Below, piece after piece: positions 24,993 through 38,368 of a stretch of 64,000 nt of DNA. The stretch spans positions 34,722,001 to 34,786,000 of the forward strand of contig NW_024704743.1 in NCBI RefSeq assembly GCF_018977255.1, read 5' to 3'. The notes under the pieces were generated by a model. That model was not told where the DNA came from and did no database searches. It saw nothing but the letters and a program-made list of their open reading frames with translations. The position numbers and the translations under genes are program-made. The DNA is from Callorhinchus milii. Lineage: Eukaryota. Each line of letters begins with the position of its first letter. The first letter of the stretch is position 1.

Positions 24993-25525
24993 GGGCATGT
25001 TGGGAGGGAGAGGCTTTCAAGGGGGAATTTAACAGGGGGAGGCAGGACAATGAAAATAAAGGAGAAAATGAGGTAGAGGACAGGGGGTGATGGGTTAAAG
25101 AGGTGTTAATGATGCAAAACAAAGGGGAGCGGGCGAATTGCAACAAAATAGGCAAACCAGAGAGAGGAAAGGTGTGTCTGGGACCCAGATGATGTGGTAA
25201 TGGTCACAGAAGCGGGGAAGGGGGGGGGTGAGCTGTTGTGGTCTGAAATTGTTGAAATCAATATTGAGGCCAGAGGTCCCTAGCAGATAAATGAAGTGCT
25301 TTTCCTCGAGCTTGCGCTGTGGATCATTGGAACAGCGTAGGAGACTTTGGATGGAGAGGCCAGAGTGCAAGTGGGAGGGAGAGTTGAAGTGAATAAGAAA
25401 CCGAAAGCTCAGGGTTGTGCTTGCAGACAGAATGGAGGTGTTCGGCATATTGATCACACAATCTGCGTTTGGTCTGCCCAATGTAGGGGAGGCCACATTG
25501 TGAGCAGCGAATGCAGTGAACTACA

Positions 25526-26937
25526 ACAACAACAACAACAACAACAAGATTCCATTTATAAAGCGCCTTTCACGTCAGGAGGACGTCCCAAGGCGCTGCA
25601 CAGTTGGGTCATGACCCGAGCAGGGGGGAAATGGTCAGGGTGAGGGGAGGGAAGGGAGGGAGCGAGGAGGGGGGAAATGGTCAGGGTGAGGGGAGGGAAG
25701 GGAGGGAGCGAGGAGGGGGAAGAGAGTCGAGAGGGGAGCTGAAGGCACGGTCAAAGAGAAAGGTTTTGAGACCGGCCTTGAAGGAGGAGAGGGAGGAAGC
25801 AAGGCGAAGGCACTGGGGGATGGAGTTCCAGAGCCTGGGGGCTGAGAGGCTGAAGGCCCGACCACCGATGGTAGGGCGGTTGGGGCGGGGGACGTGGAGC
25901 AAACCGGAGCCAGAGGAACGGAGGGTACGGGCAGGTAGGTAGGGGGATAGTAGGTTGGAGAGGTAGGAGGGAGCAAGGCCGTGAATGGCCTTGTAGGTGA
26001 GGATGAGGATCTTGAAATCAATCCTCTGGGGGATGGGGAGCCAGTGGAGGCGAGCGAGGGTGGGAGTGATGTGGTCCCGAAGCCTGGTGCGGGACAGTAC
26101 CCGAGCTGCAGAGTTCTGAATGACCTGCAGCTTGTGGAGAGAGGTGGCGGGAAGGCCGGCGAGGAGAGAGTTCCCATAGTCCAGCCTTGAGGTGACAAAG
26201 GCGTGGACCAGGGTTTCAGCAGCGTGAGGGGTGAGGTAGTGCCGTAGTCTGGCGATGTTCCGGAGGTGATGGAAGGCGGTGCCAGTTGTGGTGCGGATGT
26301 GAGGGAGAAAGGACAGCTCAGGGTCGAACAAAACACCGAGGTTCCTGACTGGCTTTGAGAGGTGGAGAGTGCAGCCTTGGATGCTGATGGTGTCAGCGCC
26401 TGAGGTGCGGAGGCGCTGACGTGAGCCAATCAGGAGGGCCTCAGTTTTTCGCACGTTGAGCTGAAGAAAGTTGTCTCTCGTCCAGGACTCGATGTCGGAC
26501 AGGCAGGCTGTCAGGACATCGGTGGTCGTGGAGTTGAGAGTAGAGGAGGAAAGGTAGAGTTGGGTGTCATCCGCATACATGTGGAAGTTAACTCCATGTC
26601 TGCGGATGATGTCACCAAGGGGGAGCATATAGAGGGTGAAGAGGAGGGGACCAAGGACAGAGCCCTGAGGGACACCACATGAGACAGTGCGGGGGGTGGA
26701 GGAGAAGCCATTCGTCGAGACAAAGTGAAGACGGTGAGAAAGGTACGACCTAAACCATTCAAGGACAGTGCCTTGAAGGTTGAGGTGGGAGGACAAGCGG
26801 TGGAGTAGGATAGCGTGGTCGACCGTATCGAATGCTGCCGAAAGGTCGAGGAGGACGAGGAGACAGAGGGAGCCCTGGTCACAGATGGTCAGGATATCAT
26901 TGGTGACCTTGACCAGGGCAGTTTCTGTGCTATGGGC
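25526..26937 (-). mobile_element. Young L2 LINE, 5'-truncated, uninterrupted RT reading frame
   Basis: Open frame from about 26934 to 25681: [36 protein letters not shown]..; (TTG)n tail; 7-bp TSD aactaca at 25519-25525 and 26938-26944. Confidence 0.95.
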
Positions 26938-27094
26938 AACTACATTGGTGGTAGTACACGTAAATCGCTGTCACACTTGAAATCTGTGTTTGGGGCCCTG
27001 GACAGTAGTATGGGAGCAGGTGAAAGAACAGGTATTGGATTTCCTGCACTGGTGATGGAGTTGGGTTGATACATTGATAAGTTAACACAGTTGA

Positions 27095-27566
27095 TGCATT
27101 GATGTTGGGGCTGATTCCTGCTCTCGCACTGAGCTGGAAAAATTCACCAATTTTGTTACTGTCTTCCACCCCTCCACAACATGGTCACATGGTCCATCTC
27201 AGACTCTTCCCTTCTCTTCCTTGACTTCACCATTTCCATCTCGCAGCATAGATTATCAACAGATATCTTTTACAAGGCCACTAACTCTCACAGTTACCTG
27301 GATTACGCCTCCTCCCATCCCGCCTCCTGTAAAGACTCCATTCTCTTTTCCCAGTTTCTTTGCCTCCACTGCATCTGCTCTGACGAAGCCACCTTTCACA
27401 CCAGAGCAACTAAAATGTCCTCCTTTTTCTTCTTTTTCATTCAGAGCCCTTAGCCGTGTCCACCCTATTTCCTGCACCTCTGACCTCACCCCTTCCCCCT
27501 CTTCCCAGAACCATGATAGTGTGCCCCTAGTCCTCACCTTCCACCCCACCAGCCTTAACATTCAAC
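27095..27566 (+). mobile_element. Penelope-like RT/thumb fragment, inverted relative to its endonuclease part
   Basis: SCSRTELEKFTNF..TWSISDSSLLFLD..TDIFYKATNSHSYLDYASSHPASCKDSI.FSQFL..VPLVLTFHPTS. Confidence 0.88.
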
Positions 27567-28849
27567 AGGAGGTTGCAGAAGTAAAGGAGAGCAAAGCCAT
27601 GGAAGGCTTTGAAGAAAAAGGAGTTGGGAAAAAGAGACAGAGAAAAACAACTTTTAAAAAGTTGTCTTTTGTTCATGTTGAATTACAAAAATAGTATATT
27701 TAAAGGGAAATAAATGCTCTTAATCTGTGTAACTAAGGCTTTCTGGTTTGTTTGACCATCGCGTGGGTGGAGGGGGCGAAGGGGGATTACAGTTAATCTT
27801 TCAATGAAGTAACTTATTCGTATGAAAAATTAGAACCTCTCTATTTAGCTTCATTGCTTAATTATACTATCCTACTTCAAAAATTTACAGGATTGAATGA
27901 AACTAAATGGAAGCCCAGTATTCAACAATCTTTCCACAGAGGCTGCCACTATCATCTCCTGAACAAACATAAATGTGCTCACAAACAATCTATTTTATGC
28001 AGTGTTTTCAATGTTCTCTATCTTGCATCTCACAAACAGGGTCCCCTTTGTAGCTTAAATAACTTCAGTTAATTGGACAGACTTTATTTAAGAGACTTGG
28101 AATAAACCCTGAAATTAGTATACCCGAATGTTGATGTGATCGTTCTATAGGTGACTTCAACACAAATTTCAACACAGTGATCTTCAGCAAGTAAAATAAA
28201 AACTTCATCAATTCTACAATCCAACCTGGTCTGGTTATATAAAAAAAACACCACATTGGCATCAAAGTCCTCTCAATTGTTCTTAAGAAGAGAGGTGTGT
28301 GTGTGGAGGTAATACAACAGAATACAAAATTACATTTCTACGGCGCCTTTCACATCAGGAGGATGTTCCAAGGCATTGGACAATCAAGGATAAACCTGAT
28401 TCCAGTTAGCAATTCCGATCCAGTAGCCCCTGTTGGAATATGTATATCGGGCAAGAAGAGAACCAACCTCTCCTGTGATGCCCCACATAGTTGGATAAAC
28501 CGTTGACGCTCATTGTCTGGACAAACATTTGAAGAATAGATGCTTCAGAAAGAGACAGGGAGTGTCACCTGTGGAACTGTATCCAAGCCAAAGTCAGCAT
28601 AAGCAAGGTTATTCCCAGCTGAAGCTGTAAGCATACTTATCTCTGAATAAACCTATATTACACATCAACGACCTTACAGCAAGGTCATAACCCAGGTGGA
28701 CAACGAGCCTTTGTTTTACCAGAAAGAAGCGGGTGTGCTGTCTGCTCTCTCCCGAGTGTTCAGTGAGGTAATACGGCCCAGACTAGCAGATACTATTTAT
28801 TTTAAAACTTATAATATATAATAATAATTATAATAATATAATTATACCA

Positions 28850-29130
28850 TAGGACAGAAAATCAGAGGCTTCTTCCACCAGTTTATTAGGATCTCATAAT
28901 CTCAAAGCCTCGCCCATTCTTTCACCATATCCTTTATACTTCTCCTACTCGAATGTCTGCCTACTCTCTTTCAAGCATTCCTATCTGCACACCCCTGAAA
29001 AAATCTTTCCTGGCAGTTCTAACTGTCTTTGTTCCAATTTTAAGGCTATAACCCTTCGTAATAAATCCCTCTACTGAGGGGAAGAGTCGTCCAATTAACT
29101 TGTCAGTTTCTTTCATTATTTTAACATGGC
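28850..29130 (-). mobile_element. CR1-like LINE 3' fragment
   Basis: Minus-strand peptide LFP..EGFITKGYSLKI resembles the CR1 ORF2 C-terminus (TRGH.LK). Confidence 0.6.
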
Positions 29131-29439
29131 TGTAACATGGCTGCATGCCAGTTAGAAAAAATATTTGCTGACCAGAATCTTATGTCAAGCAAAGTATATG
29201 AAGATCACAGGGCTCTATATCAGGCAAAGATCTTCACAGGCCTTGAAATGGGAGAGAACCCGCCCACCCCATGTCACCTTCATAAAAATAAATACCCACA
29301 GCTGATTCTCTCTCTTGCAAGTCACTGAACTCCCTCCTGCTGATAAACGAAGATAGTCCTGAGAGCCATTTCCACTGTGAGACCTGCATCTACAAGTCCA
29401 ACCCTCTCCCTGTCCCACTCCTGGAACAACCTGTAGACT

Positions 29440-29900
29440 TTCTCCCTCTCCCTGTCCCTGACTGTAAGCATCATCAAAATGGAAGACCTTTAAACTGTAT
29501 TTGGAAGTGGGGATAAAGGGCAAAGGGATTGAGGGAGAGAGTTCCAGAATTTCGGGGCGTAGTGGCTAAAGGCATGGCTACCGATGGGAGAGCGGAGGGG
29601 ATGAGTGACATACTGGAGGCTGGAGCCAGGCGAGTGGAGGCAGCGGGGGGTGGAGTGGGGAGTAAGCAAATTGGATAGGTAGGGAAGTGCAAGTTCATGA
29701 AGGGATTTGGAAACGAGTGAGAGGATCTTGAAATTGATCCGTTCGGTAATTGGGAGCCAGTGGAGCCAGGTAAGGACTGGTGTGATGAGGGTACGGAGTT
29801 TTGTGCGGGTGAGAATCTGGGCGGTGAAGTTTTGGATTAGTTGAATTTTGTATATGGTGGAGCTGGGAAGACCAGCAAGGAGGGCATTGGATATGCACAG
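29440..29900 (-). mobile_element. L2 LINE fragment (second subfamily)
   Basis: SNALLAGLPSSTIYKIQLIQN..LHWLPITERINFKI..YLSNLL. Confidence 0.85.
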
Positions 29901-30380
29901 CCTTATCTCACAGCTCTTTGCCTCACCTTCTGTATCTGAGTTGCCCCACAACAAAACACTACTGTAGCGACCTCTGAGAATCTGGAGAAGCTGCAAAGCT
30001 TTGGTAACCTTGTTTTAATACTTTTAAACGGATGTGAGGTATTTTAAAGCCAGATTGGTACTGCCTTCACTAAATATTCACAGAAACGGAAACAAATTGC
30101 TGTTCTTTTACTTGGGCTTTATCAATTCATTTAGTGATTAAATAGCGTGACCCCTAGCAGCTGCACAACCAGAGCTGGCATTTGTACAGCTTCTCAATGG
30201 AATGCGTGCAGGAATGGTTTGTCAGCGAGTTTGCATCAATATAAGCTTATGGACAGATAAGATATTGAAAGGGCTTCTCATCTTTGGAGACTCCATGAAA
30301 ATAAAGCACTGCTTAAAAACAATGGCCTCCAGATGTCCTGAGCATTAAATGTCAGTAAATAAAAGACAAAATATTACAAA

Positions 30381-30560
30381 ATAATAATAATAATCCTTGC
30401 ATTTGATATTGCACCTTATCACATAGTTTAGATGTCTCAAAGCGCTTCACAGAATATACTGCAAAGACTGTATATTTTGTGGATGAAACTCGGCAGCCAA
30501 TTGCACACAGCAGTGTCTCACAAACAGTCATAGATTGAGTGATCATTATTATTAATCATT
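30381..30560 (-). mobile_element. 5'-truncated tRNA-SINE (3' half)
   Basis: (TTA)n tail, stem-loop and body matching 6417-6590. Confidence 0.8.
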
Positions 30561-30710
30561 TTTTAAAAGAAAACATTTAATATTTTCCTTTCCTCCAACT
30601 TCTCTGCAACAGAATTCTGTAAACTTCTGTATGCATTAATCTCAATGTAAATGGTCTGATAATTGTGATTCAAATTTCAGAACCTGGACTGGACTTCTGA
30701 CATGAAAGTC

Positions 30711-31380
30711 AACAACAACTTGCATTTATATAGCACACATCACGTAAGGTAGTGTCCCAAAAGCGCTTGTCAGTGGCGGAGTCTGACCTGGAGCTAGGGG
30801 AAAGAGGGAGGTGGGAGGTAACCATAAGCAAGGGAACCAGGAACAAACAGGAAGCCGGAGCCAGCCAAGCGGAGGCAGCGGGTGGTGGAGTGGGGGCTAA
30901 GCAGATCGGATAGGTAGGGAAGTGCCAGGGCATGAAGGGAGTTGAAAACGAGTGAGAAGATCTTGAAATCGATCTGTCAGTAATTGGGAACCAGTGGATC
31001 CTGGTAAGGACTGGTGTGATGGGGGTACGGAGTTTTGTGTGGGTGAGTATCCGAGTGGCGGAGTTTTGGATTAATTGATTTGTGTATGGTGGAGCTGGGG
31101 AGACCAGTGAGGAGGGTATTGGAATAGTCCAGCCGGGAAGTGATGAAGGCGTGGATGAGGGTTTCAGCTGCATTGGTTGTGAGGTACGAATGGGAGGTGG
31201 GCAATGTGATGGGGGTGGAGAAAGCTGTTCTGGTCAGGGAACAGATGTGGGGATTGAACCTGACGCTAAGTTGCGTGTGGGTTCGGTGAGTCTGAGGGAG
31301 AGCCCGGGGAGGTTGAGGAGTTCAGACCCGGAGCAGAGAAAACATTGACAGGATCCCTGCTGGATCAGTGATGCCTTCAG
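30711..31380 (-). mobile_element. L2 LINE fragment
   Basis: AAETLIHAFITSRLDYSNTLLTGLP; (TTG)n tail. Confidence 0.85.
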
Positions 31381-32539
31381 CTTGGTCTTTTAGTTGCCAC
31401 GTGCATCTGGAGAGACAGTTTAGAAAAGCACTTCCTGCATAGGAGGAAACGGCCTGCTCACATTCACAAAATAATACAACATTGTGCCACAAACTTCGTT
31501 CACATTCCAGATCCCAAGATTACAATGCTGCACTGCTCTCTAATAAGCGTCTGAGGCTTTAGTTGACCCTTACTCTGCTGAATCAATTTTCATAACAAGG
31601 CTGCAACTGAATGGATCCAGTACAGTCAAATCCCACATTCAGAAGTCATTAGCACAAAAAAAGTAAAAATGCTAATTCTTTTGATGCAAAGACACATCTA
31701 GCACCATTTCATGCAACCTCAAATTATAACAAATGGTTATTGATAACAACTCAGGAAAACATTCCTCCTTTAGCACCAAACTGAGTCCCATTATAGCTAA
31801 AGGTGGTCCAGTTGATAAGTGCATTGTCCATTGTAGAACAGAGCCACGTAGACCGGAAAGATCCCAGGTTTGACTCTTCACCCTGAGCTACAATTAGCCT
31901 CAGAGTATCCGAGTGGGCGTTTCGCTCACAAAATACGGTCAATTCACTTTACAGTATATTCCGTGAAGCGCTTTTAGACATCTCGAAGACGTGATAAAGT
32001 GCTATATCAAATTCAAGGATTGTTATTATTATTATCTGCACCACAGAAAAGGGGGGAAATTCAACAGGCATATCCAAAAAGAAGTGAGCTTCTCCCAGTA
32101 TTCTGGCTAACAATCCTCCAGATAAAATCGGTCATGATTGTTTCTGAGACATTGGATGCCATGGTTGTCAACAAAATGCATTATACTGTAAACCCCTTGA
32201 AGCTCTGAGACATTTTGACAACACAATAAAGTGTATATTAAATGCATATCAGGTCTAGTATTATACTGACGATCACCTCTTCAATGTAAATCTAATTATA
32301 TAGTTGTACTCAATGATCTTGTGACAAATTGTCACTCACATTAAGAGGTTTTAAAACAGCATCAGAAATATTAAGCTTTGTACAAAACTAAAAGAAATAA
32401 GTGAGGGTGGCGGGGGGAGCTATGATAAATGAAGCAGGAAAAGAAAGGCCAAAGAAAAATGCCGACAGATGTGAAACATCAGGCTTAGCGGGGAGAAGCT
32501 GTACCAAGAATTCAGGTTTATTTTACACATCATTCTGTT

Positions 32540-33340
32540 GACTCTGGGGCTGAATATTATGGGTTCAAGACCCACCTCAGAGCTTGAGCTTGAAGTATTG
32601 CTAATCCTCCACGTGTGCCAGACACTCAGCTAGCAAAACAGAAACACAAGAGCGCAGTACTGGAGGGTTGTACTGTATTGTGGAGTTCCGTCAACTGGGA
32701 CATTAAACCAAGGTCTTTCTGTCTGCTGCTCAGATGCACATTAAAGATTCCATGCACTGTTCGAAAAAATAAATGTTTTCTCCTAAAGCAGGTCAACAAG
32801 CTTCCAGATAAATATATTATCTACTATTCATCTCATTTCTATTTGTGGGCCTTACTGTTCAAAATATGGCTGATGTGTTTATCTGAAAAATGACTACATG
32901 TAACAGTTGTCACTGTGAAGAACGTTTCAATGTGATAAAACACTATAAAAATGCAACATCTCTTTTTCTTTCCTTTAATAATAATAATCCATGCATTCCA
33001 TAAAGCACCTTTTACACTCAGAAGCGCTTCACAGGATATACCATAAAGCGTGGTGACTGTATTTTGTAGGCAAACACAGCAGCAATCTGTGCACAGCAAT
33101 TAAGTGAATGACCAATTTTATTTGGGAGATTAAAACTCACTTGTCTTTTTAAATAATGCCATGGGACTTTTAACGTTCACCTGAGTAGGCCATGGGACTC
33201 GGTTTAACGTCTCATTTGAAGCCTGGCACCTCTAGCAATTCTCTTTCAGCACTGTATTGTGAGTTTACAGTCCTGGCATGGGTCCTGAACACACAATCTA
33301 ATGACTCGGAGGTGAGAGTGTTACTAATTGAGCCAGGCTG
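32540..33340. mobile_element. Two Deu-domain-type SINEs tail-to-tail (+ about 32540-32960, - about 32978-33340)
   Basis: gggttcaagaccc..cattaaaccaagg on +; ctcggtttaacgtctcat...actaattgagcc on -. Confidence 0.65.
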
Positions 33341-35439
33341 ATACTCTCATGTTATACTGTTTGCACAGATTCCACAAAACCTCTAGGCAAATGACCTCTG
33401 TCTGTCATCAGCACTAATAGATGTGGGTAAATACAGGGTTGATCCAGAACAGCATAGAGGCAAAGATCAAGGAGCCAAACTACATTACTGTGGCTACTGT
33501 TGTCTACAGGGAACACCGCATGGTCGGAATGACAATGCAAGCTCATAGCAAGGCTGGCTGAGATCCAACGGTGTCCATCCCCACAAAGCCTACTTCAGTA
33601 AAGAATTCAGAGAGATCAGGAACTCAGTTATGCAGGAGAGAAACAATGCAGTGTATGGGTCAAGTGTCACATGCACCAACCAATTTTGTGGCAGAGTCAA
33701 AGAGCAAAATTACCACTATGGGGAGGTTAGTGTTGCAAGCTTTAGTGGAAACAATTACCCATAACACTACTTTCCCTCCACCCACAGTCATGCTGTCAAC
33801 AAGTGAAAATGACACACTAATCACATAGAAGGGAGGAATGAGAACAGTGAGGAACATTATAACAACAAAAAGCATTCTAACAATGTGTAATGTGTTAAAG
33901 GGACACTCACTGTTCTCAAGGTATATGCATGGGAAACGTTGACTGGTGATAAGTCATCATTATATTGGCTTAGAACTTCTAGATTCAGGGAAAATGTTGT
34001 TTTAAAGTCATCGGAATAGAGTTGGAAGTTAGAAACAGTGAATCTTGGTTAATCTGGATCTGTTAGATGAAGCTGTTCATACAAACATGTTTTAGAAAAA
34101 AAAACATTGGAGGCACTGGCACTCTGTCCAAAGTATGATGGTCATGATTATCAAATAAAACATTCAATAGCAGAAAATAAGAGTTACAATGGGATGCAAC
34201 TTTCGATTAAATGATATGCTTAAAATTCAAAAACATTTAATTTCAATTAGAAAATACAATGTGAAAAATTTAAGTGTATAACAGATGACAGTAATAACAG
34301 AGGATAATGGAGTAACTTCCTTATTGCAGATGAATAATACTGTACGATTATGGTAATAGGAACAGAAAACACACATTTTCTTTCTGTTTTCACTCTTAAT
34401 GGGCTGAACTCTAGTTTTAAGATTTAGTCCCCTTGCTTTTGTGTCAGCTCCTTTATTTAAGACAGTGTAATTGATGGTGGAGATAAACACATATTTTAAA
34501 GAGTGTACGTTGTTGTTGCAGTTAAAATTCAATATTATGTTACATATTTCTCCTTTCGTCCACTAAAAATACCCTAAAAACACTGTCCAAGAGATTAAAC
34601 GCAGCAACTGGATAATTACTGAAGGTTTTTTGAAAAAAGGCGAGGAAGAAAAAACAGAAACAGTTATCCTTCACTGCCCTCTATTGGAATGCGCTAAACA
34701 AAACCACAGCCAATCTCTTCTTGCAGTAGTGATGACATATTTATCGAGAGTGAGTAAACACTCTTCAATATCAATTTACTGTTCTTTCACTCAGCCAGTG
34801 AAAAGCCAGTCGTGTAGCTCTTTGACTTGAGTAGCCTTGCAAAAATAATTTAAATTTGTAATGCCAAGAAAATGGAACATCAAGCTGACAACAAATAGGC
34901 AACCTATTGAGCACCACCGCTACCTAATGGACTTCATTAATCTGATCTATCTGATGGCTTGTTGGGTGAATCTGCCACCCGATACCGCCCTTGGCCTCAC
35001 AGATGAGAAGATTGCAGGGTCCAATCCTGGATTGTGCTGAGTTAGTCACTCTCAGTCACTGGAGGGTGTCCAGTGATTGGGGGTTTGGGTGCTATATTTG
35101 ACTTTAGGTTTCCTAGATTAGGAAACATTTTCATTCTGATTTCTGCACAACAAATAAGCTGTTCAGCAGTTGCAGAAGTAATGACACAGATGAATGATTA
35201 ATTGCACATGTAACTGTCGTTTTTTCCAAATATGCCTGAGCTAGAATTTTAGCCAAAGTATACTTATCTCCCATTGGCTATAGTGATGGGAACTGTAAAA
35301 CACTTTAATTTTGAAGAATCTCCCACTACACTCTGAAAACAGAGGTAGCTTAATAGGTCTCTCATGGTTGGACAGATGTTTATGCATTTTATTTTCAGAT
35401 CAACGCAAGGTTGAGGCTTAAACAGCATCTAACCTTCTT

Positions 35440-36345
35440 GGGGGTTGGGGAGGGGGGGAGAGGTGCGGGGTAGACAAGACGGGGACTCCTTGGAGTTGAG
35501 CTGTGTTTGGCCATGGAATGTCAGATTCAAGTCAACTCACTGACAGCTTCACAGTACTCCTGAGCTACTGCAGATGACAGATGAACCATTGGCAGGACTT
35601 GGAGGGGCAGGCCAGGCACTCGGGCAGAGATTCTTCCCATGTAACTCCAGTTAACTCTGCAAGCCAAATCTCTAATGGTAAGGTGGATAACAGTGGGAAA
35701 CTTGCAGCTTATGCTCTCAAAGTCAAGTTATGCGTTACTAGCTGATTAAATTCTAGCAGTACTCCAACACACACCTTGGAGTCCCCAAGGCTTGGCTTTT
35801 ACCAACCTGTGCCTAATACTATCCAGAATTCTGTAGCATGTGTCCTTTCATGGACTCGGCTCTATGAGCCTATTACCCATCCTCACCCAGCTTCATTGGC
35901 TCATCATCCTCCTGTTGGATCAAGTTCAAAATCCTCATCCACACCTTTAAATCCCTCCATGATCTTGCTGCACCCTACATTTGCGACCTCCTCAAACCAT
36001 ACCAACCTGACAGTTCCCTTCGCCAACTTTATCTCCCCAGCTGAGCTTTCAGTGTTTCTGCCTCCACTCTCTGGAACTCCATCGTGAAGTCCTTTCGACT
36101 CACCCCCTCCCTCATTCTTTCAAGGTCCATCTCAAGACTTACCTCTTTGACCCTACCTTCAGTCAACTTTCCTCTCCCTAATCCCCTTGGGATGTTCTCC
36201 CCACATGAAAGGCGCTATATAAATGTAAATTTGGATTATATTGTAATACTTTACAGAATAAGGTCGGCAGCATGTGTCCATCCGATGAAAGAGTGCACAT
36301 TCCACTCAAAACACAGGGGAATGCGGAACTATCGGTTTGGATATG
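35440..36345 (+). repeat. Unclassified repeat copy 3, interrupted by an L2 fragment (about 35820-36240)
   Basis: ctagcagtactccaacacacaccttggagtccccaaggcttggct before the L2 and agagtgcacattcc..ggtttggata after it. Confidence 0.7.
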
Positions 36346-37339
36346 TGTATCGCCATCCAGTGATTTTAAAGTTGATTACAGAAGATGGAGTTAATCAGTA
36401 CACACACATATGTGCATCCAATAAGATACATGTCATAACAAACCCCAAAAAACTAATTGAAATTCTAAATTCAGGTGAAAAAATTATTGCTCAGTCGAAT
36501 CTTAAAGGGTCATTGTTTGGAGACAGATGTGGAAAAGACAGAATGGCACCTCTGATTATTGTGTCGGGTCTTTTTCCCCCCCAGGAAAGCATAAAATCTT
36601 CCTCTGCAGTTCCTCTGGTCTCCCCAGGTCATGCACCACCTACTGGCGATGAACTCCCAAGAATTTACTAAAGTTGCTTATTGCAGGCCAGCTGGGAAGG
36701 GCAGACTAGCGATGAATCTCCCCACTGTTCGCTTGCTTACCAGAGTTCTTTCACCTCTACTAGGTGCAAACCCACCATACTACAGCTGAATCTAAGATTG
36801 GCAACAGTTAGGGTGAAGGTGATGCAAAGGAATCAAAGCTAGACAAATCTAACATTAGTAAATTGCAATACACTTTTATTTACTTTTTAAAAGTACAATA
36901 ATTGTAAATATACATGAACTACCCCAACAGCCAGCCCATAGAGGAACTACTCAAGTAATTTTACCGAAATACATTGCCCAGTAAAGGAATGTATAGAACT
37001 AGAGAAAACTATTCAAGTTCATATGCAAGGATTATTATATGTCCAAAGTAAAAACAATTATAAATTAATAAATAAATAATACTGCTCAGTTAAAGCAGAT
37101 CTGATATACACACACACACATTAAAGTTGTATTTGAACCATAGCTAATTTACTTACTTAAGAAGATAAGGAGTGCAATGAGAAAAGGTCACCGCATCACC
37201 TTTATTCCCACCAGGCCATACAAAACCCATCTGATCATGGGTTACAGTCCACCACTATATCTATCTACGCTGAAAAGTTCCCCAAGAGGGACATTTTATG
37301 TGAATGAAATGTTCCTCTTGGGGAATGTTGCAGCATAGA

Positions 37340-38368
37340 TACAACAACAACAACAACTTGCACTTGTATAGCACCCTCCACACAGGGTAGCATCTCAGAG
37401 CGCTTAACAGTGGTGTAGTCAGACTCCAAGCCAGGGTGGGGGTGAGGGAAGGTGGCTGTAGCCCGGTGGAAGAGGAATGTTTTCAGGCAGGAATTGAAAA
37501 AGGGGAGAGAGGGTGAAAGGCAGAGGGATTGAGGGAGAATGTTCCAGAGTTTTAGGGCGTAGTGGCTGAAAGCGTTGCCTCCGATGGTAGAGGGGAGGGT
37601 GCGAGGGATGAGCAGGAGGCCAGTGAAAGTCGAGCGGAGGCGCCGGGTGGTAGATTGGGGAGTGAGGAGGTTGGAGAGGTAGGGAGGTGCCAGAGAGTGA
37701 AGGAACTTAAACACAAGTGTGAGGATCTTGAAGTTGATTCATTCAGTGATGGGGAGGCAGTGGATCCTGGCCAGAACGGGTGAGATGTGGGTACGGAGTT
37801 CGGTCCGGGTTAGTATGCAGGCAGCAGAGTTCTGAATGAGCTGGATCTTTTGAATAGTGGAGCTGGGGAGACCGGCGAGACCGTGTGTTTGCATAATCCA
37901 GGAGGGAGGTGACAAACGCATGCATGAGGGTTTCGACTGCATTCGGGGTAAGGTATGGTCAGAGTCGGGCAATGTGGCAGAAGTGAAAGTTGGCAGTCCT
38001 GGTCAGGGACCGGATGTGGAGGAGGAAGGACAGCTGGGGGTCAAACCGGATGCCTAGATTGCGCACTGGCTCGATGAGTGTGAGGGAGAGCCCAGGGAGG
38101 TTGAGGAGTTCAAATCTGCAGGGTGAAGACATTGATGGGAGCCAAGGAGTATGGCTTCCATCTTATCCACATTCAACTGCAGGAAGTTTGCATTCATTCA
38201 GGTCCTGATGTCTGCCAGACAAGCTGATAGAACATCGGCGGACCTGGAGTTGGTACTGGAGGAGGCAAAGTAGATTTGTGTGTCATCCGCATACATGTGG
38301 AAGTTTACCCTGCGTCTGTGGATGATATCGCCCAGGCGGAGCTTATAGTTAAGGAAAAGAAGAGGGCC
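37340..38368 (-). mobile_element. L2 LINE, 5'-truncated
   Basis: [34 protein letters not shown]; (TTG)n tail. Confidence 0.9.

Larger units (their letters stand above)
24890..27050 (-). mobile_element. Penelope-like retroelement: GIY-YIG endonuclease region and 3' terminal repeat (interrupted by L2)
   Basis: With the L2 removed it reads [31 protein letters not shown]...QRKLEEKHFIYLLGT..GLNIDF; 3' end agatgctgtctgacctgctgag...ttctgtttttatttc. Confidence 0.88.

Noticed and set aside
25347..25643. ORF with a poly-Gln tract
   Set aside because: The (CAA)n is the reverse complement of the L2 (TTG)n tail.
25635..26429. 264-aa Pro/Ser-rich ORF and similar ORFs at 405-827, 686-1081, 39939-40433
   Set aside because: Alternative frames of C-rich L2 sequence.
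36084..36671. 195-aa + strand ORF
   Set aside because: Runs across an L2 tail, the unclassified repeat and unique DNA, with no recognisable domain; likely chance.
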